64,000 nt of DNA, taken from the NCBI GenBank assembly GCA_965248925.1, contig CBDFLE010000005.1, positions 1,184,001 to 1,248,000 of the forward strand, read 5' to 3'. Under the pieces are notes generated by a model. It was given only the letters and a program-made list of their open reading frames with translations, searched no databases and had not been told where the DNA came from. This DNA comes from Candidatus Multivoradales bacterium. GTDB taxonomy: Bacteria > Acidobacteriota > Thermoanaerobaculia > Multivoradales > J023. Both the position numbers and the translations under genes were made by a program. This document shows, one piece after another, positions 61,643-64,000 of this stretch. Each line of letters begins with the position of its first letter. Position 1 is the stretch's first letter.

Positions 61643-61957
61643 ATGTCGGCCATGTCCAACCACGATCTTGTTTTGGCACTCCAGGAGACAAGTTCTCTAC
61701 TGCGGAGCGTAGACGCACCCTCTTGGGCCGACAAGATCGATCAGATACTTGAAGCATGCGACCATGAACCCTCCTCTTGGACAGCCAAGAAACTCCTCTC
61801 ATGGTACGGCAGCATGGGGTCCTTCGCTGATCTCCTGATATCCGCTGTCAACGGCCACAACCTTGAGGAGAAGGACGAAGTAGCGCTAAACGATCGCCTT
61901 GACGATCTACGGGAACTCATCTTCGAGAAAGCAAGCCAGTTGGCTCGTGAGCAATAA
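61643..61957 (+). CDS. Cognate immunity protein (DUF6966-like)
   Basis: Starts 2 bp after the toxin stop; acidic; WA..., YGSMGSFADL motif. Confidence 0.75.
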   Translation: MSAMSNHDLVLALQETSSLLRSVDAPSWADKIDQILEACDHEPSSWTAKKLLSWYGSMGSFADLLISAVNGHNLEEKDEVALNDRLDDLRELIFEKASQLAREQ

Positions 61958-61997
61958 ATCCAAACCCTACCCAAGTAGGTGCAGGCCGTTTCGTAGC

Positions 61998-62021
61998 AGC
62001 CCGGCTTTGGTCGGGCTTTTG
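61998..62021 (+). terminator. Rho-independent terminator after the toxin/immunity pair
   Basis: agcccggc-tttg-gtcgggct followed by a T run. Confidence 0.65.
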
Positions 62022-62032
62022 TGTGTCCGGTC

Positions 62033-62370
62033 TCAGATCTCAGCGCCACGTAGGAAGGTGTCGATGGTTCTGAGAAGTGTGTCTTGCTGGTGCGGCGGCA
62101 ATTTTTCAATGCGCTGGACGCGCCGCAGCACTTTGCGACTGGGGATAGGCGTAGCATTGTTGGCTTCGATGCCGTCGATTCCGAGCATCTGATCAGTGGA
62201 GATGCCAAGGGCGAGGGCGATCCGTGCAGCCATCTCTGCAGAGACTCTTAGCTTGCCGCGCTCATAGTCGGAGACGAGGGCTTGAATGATACCGACGTTG
62301 TTGGCCAACTCGGTTTGGGTGAGCCCCCTCTTGCGCCTGAAAGTGGCAATCCTGTCTGCGAATTGGCTGG
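62033..62370 (-). pseudogene. XRE-family HTH regulator, 5'-truncated
   Basis: FADRIATFRRKRGLTQTELA..VGI.Q..VSDYERG.., C-terminal IEKLP..QQ..LL..IDTFL; no start codon upstream of helix 1 before an in-frame stop. Confidence 0.75.
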
Positions 62371-62384
62371 CACCTCGAAGAGTT

Positions 62385-63509
62385 CCGGTCGCCGGTGAGC
62401 ATTGGTACCGGCGTGAGCAAGATCCCCTGCCGGCCGAGGGTGCCGCTTACTTCGCCGCTGGCCAGGCCGAGACAGCCGAACTGTCCCAGGTGGTCGACCT
62501 CAGCGGCTACAGCGAAGCGATCGCCCGCGGCGAGCTGCTGCTGGCCTTCTCCCTCCACCTGCGGACCGCCGAGGAGCAGCCTTCGGACACCGCGCGAGTG
62601 GTGGTTGAGTACTTCGAGGAGGATGGGAATGTGCTGCGCGACAGCTTCGACAGCGGCGAGATCGTCAGTCCCTCAGAGTGGCTGCGGGTAGAGGATCTAC
62701 GCTTGGTGCCGGTCGGCACCGACCGAGTGCGGGTGCGACTGCTCAGCAACCGCCTGGAGGGCGACACCAGCGATGGCTACTTCGACGCCCTTTCCCTGCG
62801 GGTCATCCGCCAACCGGTGGTCGAGATCGACGACCTACGGATCGCCGAAGGCCACAGTGCCAGCGCGGTCGGCGAGCTGTCCGTCCGGCTGAGCTGCGCG
62901 ATCGATCGTCCGCTGAGCATCACTTGGGAAACCGTCGATGGCACAGCGACGAGCGGCGTCGACTACATCGAAGCCCGCGGCGCCCTGGAGCTGGCCAGTG
63001 GTACCGTCGGGGGTGTGATCGAGGTAGAGATTCTTGGCGATACGGAGCACGAGCTGCACGAGGACTTCTTCGTCGAGCTGCGGGAGATCGAGCCCGCTGG
63101 GCTGGCGATAGCGCCCCAGCCGCGGGGCCGGGTGAGCATCCTCAACGATGATTTCTGCGCTCGCTCGCCAGGCTATTGGCAGCACCACAGCGACCTCTGG
63201 CCATTGTCGGAGTTGGCGTTGGGCGACCAGCAGATCGATCAGAGCGGCACTCTGGCGCTGCTGCAATATGGCGGCTCGGACGCCGCCAGCAAGCTCGCTC
63301 GCCAGTTGATTACCACTGAGTTGAATCTGGCCGTGGGCTCCGATCCGCTAGACATCTTGGCAACCGTCGAAGCCGCCCATGCCTTCCTTGCAGACTGGCC
63401 GCCAGGCAGCCGCCCCAGAGGCCCAGACCGAGCCGAGGCCAACCGGCTAAAAGACATCCTCGACGCCTACAACAATCCCGGCTGCACGCCGGTTGCGGTG
63501 CTCCCATGA
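62385..63509 (+). pseudogene. 3' part of a Calx-beta-domain surface protein gene (5'-truncated)
   Basis: Jelly-roll-like LSQVVDLS..DGYFDALSL; Calx-beta TVDGTATSGVDY..GD.E.E.HEDF.V.L..ILNDD; RSPGYWQHH. The annotated N-terminus is only antisense XRE sequence. Confidence 0.75.
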
Positions 63510-64000
63510 ACTGCCCAACAACGCGGCCTCGCTTTGCTCGCAGCTTTCGGCGCTGGCTGACCAGCGCTGGAATTCTCCTGCTTGCCAGCGCCGTGCTTGC
63601 GACCGAGCCGCCTGCTGAGACTTCGCGCACCGCGCTAGAGACACGAATCCTCGACCAGCTAGCTCGCGGCCGGTCGATCGAGGGGCCGCTGGCGAGCTGG
63701 CGTTCGACCCGTCCAGTCTCGACCGAGGAATCGCCCACAAAGACTGCGCCTACCAGCCTCAACGAAGCGCTGGTAGAGCTGCGCCAGGCCCTACCCTCGA
63801 AGGCTAAGAGCCGCCTTGACACCTCTGCCCTTACTGCCGCCTGGGAGAGCTTCCAAGCCTGGGACCTGCTGCAAGGCGACCGCTTCGAACGCACCGCCGC
63901 CCGCCTCGATGCGGCCGGCCTCAGCGGCGAGCCCAGAGCTCGTCTAGAGCAGGTCCGCGGCGATTGGCAAGAGTTCCACGACCGCCTGAAGACCCTGCTC
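63506..64000 (+). CDS. Second paralogous giant transglutaminase-like/Rhs protein, N-terminus (3'-partial; absent from ORF track)
   Basis: ATGA overlap with the Calx-beta gene; MNCPTT..signal..SRTALETRILDQLARGRSIEGPLASWRST..AWESFQAWDLLQ aligns with SRATLETQILDQITRGQSIDEPLASWRST..AWESFEAWDLLQ of 50922. Confidence 0.88.
   Translation, partial: MNCPTTRPRFARSFRRWLTSAGILLLASAVLATEPPAETSRTALETRILDQLARGRSIEGPLASWRSTRPVSTEESPTKTAPTSLNEALVELRQALPSKAKSRLDTSALTAAWESFQAWDLLQGDRFERTAARLDAAGLSGEPRARLEQVRGDWQEFHDRLKTLL

Larger units (their letters stand above)
43529..64000. mobile_element. Degenerate genomic island integrated at the tRNA-Gln 3' end (right boundary not seen)
   Basis: Integrase arm-binding remnant ~200 bp after the tRNA; further recombinases, Mrr endonuclease, RadC, Rhs toxins and several truncated genes. 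Confidence 0.65.

Noticed and set aside
62286-62384. Apparent signal-like N-terminus of the Calx-beta ORF
   Set aside because: It is the antisense strand of the XRE gene, not native sequence.

Overview
High-GC bacterial chromosome window; gene content (many secreted FG-GAP, PQQ and YWTD propeller proteins, Sec-type Rhs proteins, a recurrent C-terminal 'F.D.FESG....W' motif) suggests an Acidobacteriota/Thermoanaerobaculia-like organism (inference). Layout: (1) 1-8465 secreted/signalling genes: CMF-like hydrolase, PHP metallohydrolase, LON-N protein, two FG-GAP proteins, PP2C phosphatase. (2) 8532-18117 accessory block: ISL3 element, a signal-peptide Rhs toxin with a papain-like C-terminus plus a lipoprotein immunity candidate and a small Ig-domain partner, an HslV-like Ntn hydrolase and a TPR-like protein. 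(3) 18093-43311 mostly housekeeping: pyrD, yhbY, adenosine deaminase, fused 2-oxoacid dehydrogenase E1, Nramp, RNase E/G, amidase, DUF885, GSDH, propeller-esterase-methyltransferase fusion, response regulator, GGDEF-EAL protein and a PilZ pseudogene. (4) tRNA-Gln(UUG) at 43455-43528, followed by a mosaic island to the window end: integrase remnants, dsbB/dsbA pair between duplicated recombinase ends, Mrr-type endonuclease, RadC, a 3572-aa transglutaminase-like/Ig/Rhs toxin with TNT/ART-like tip and immunity gene, a truncated XRE gene, a Calx-beta gene fragment and the start of a second paralogous giant Rhs. Best candidates for an undescribed system are the Sec-exported (PAAR-less) giant Rhs modules and a shared C-terminal motif that may be a sorting/docking signal. 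Three single-base frameshifts may be sequencing errors. All calls are from motif recognition by eye; no searches were run.
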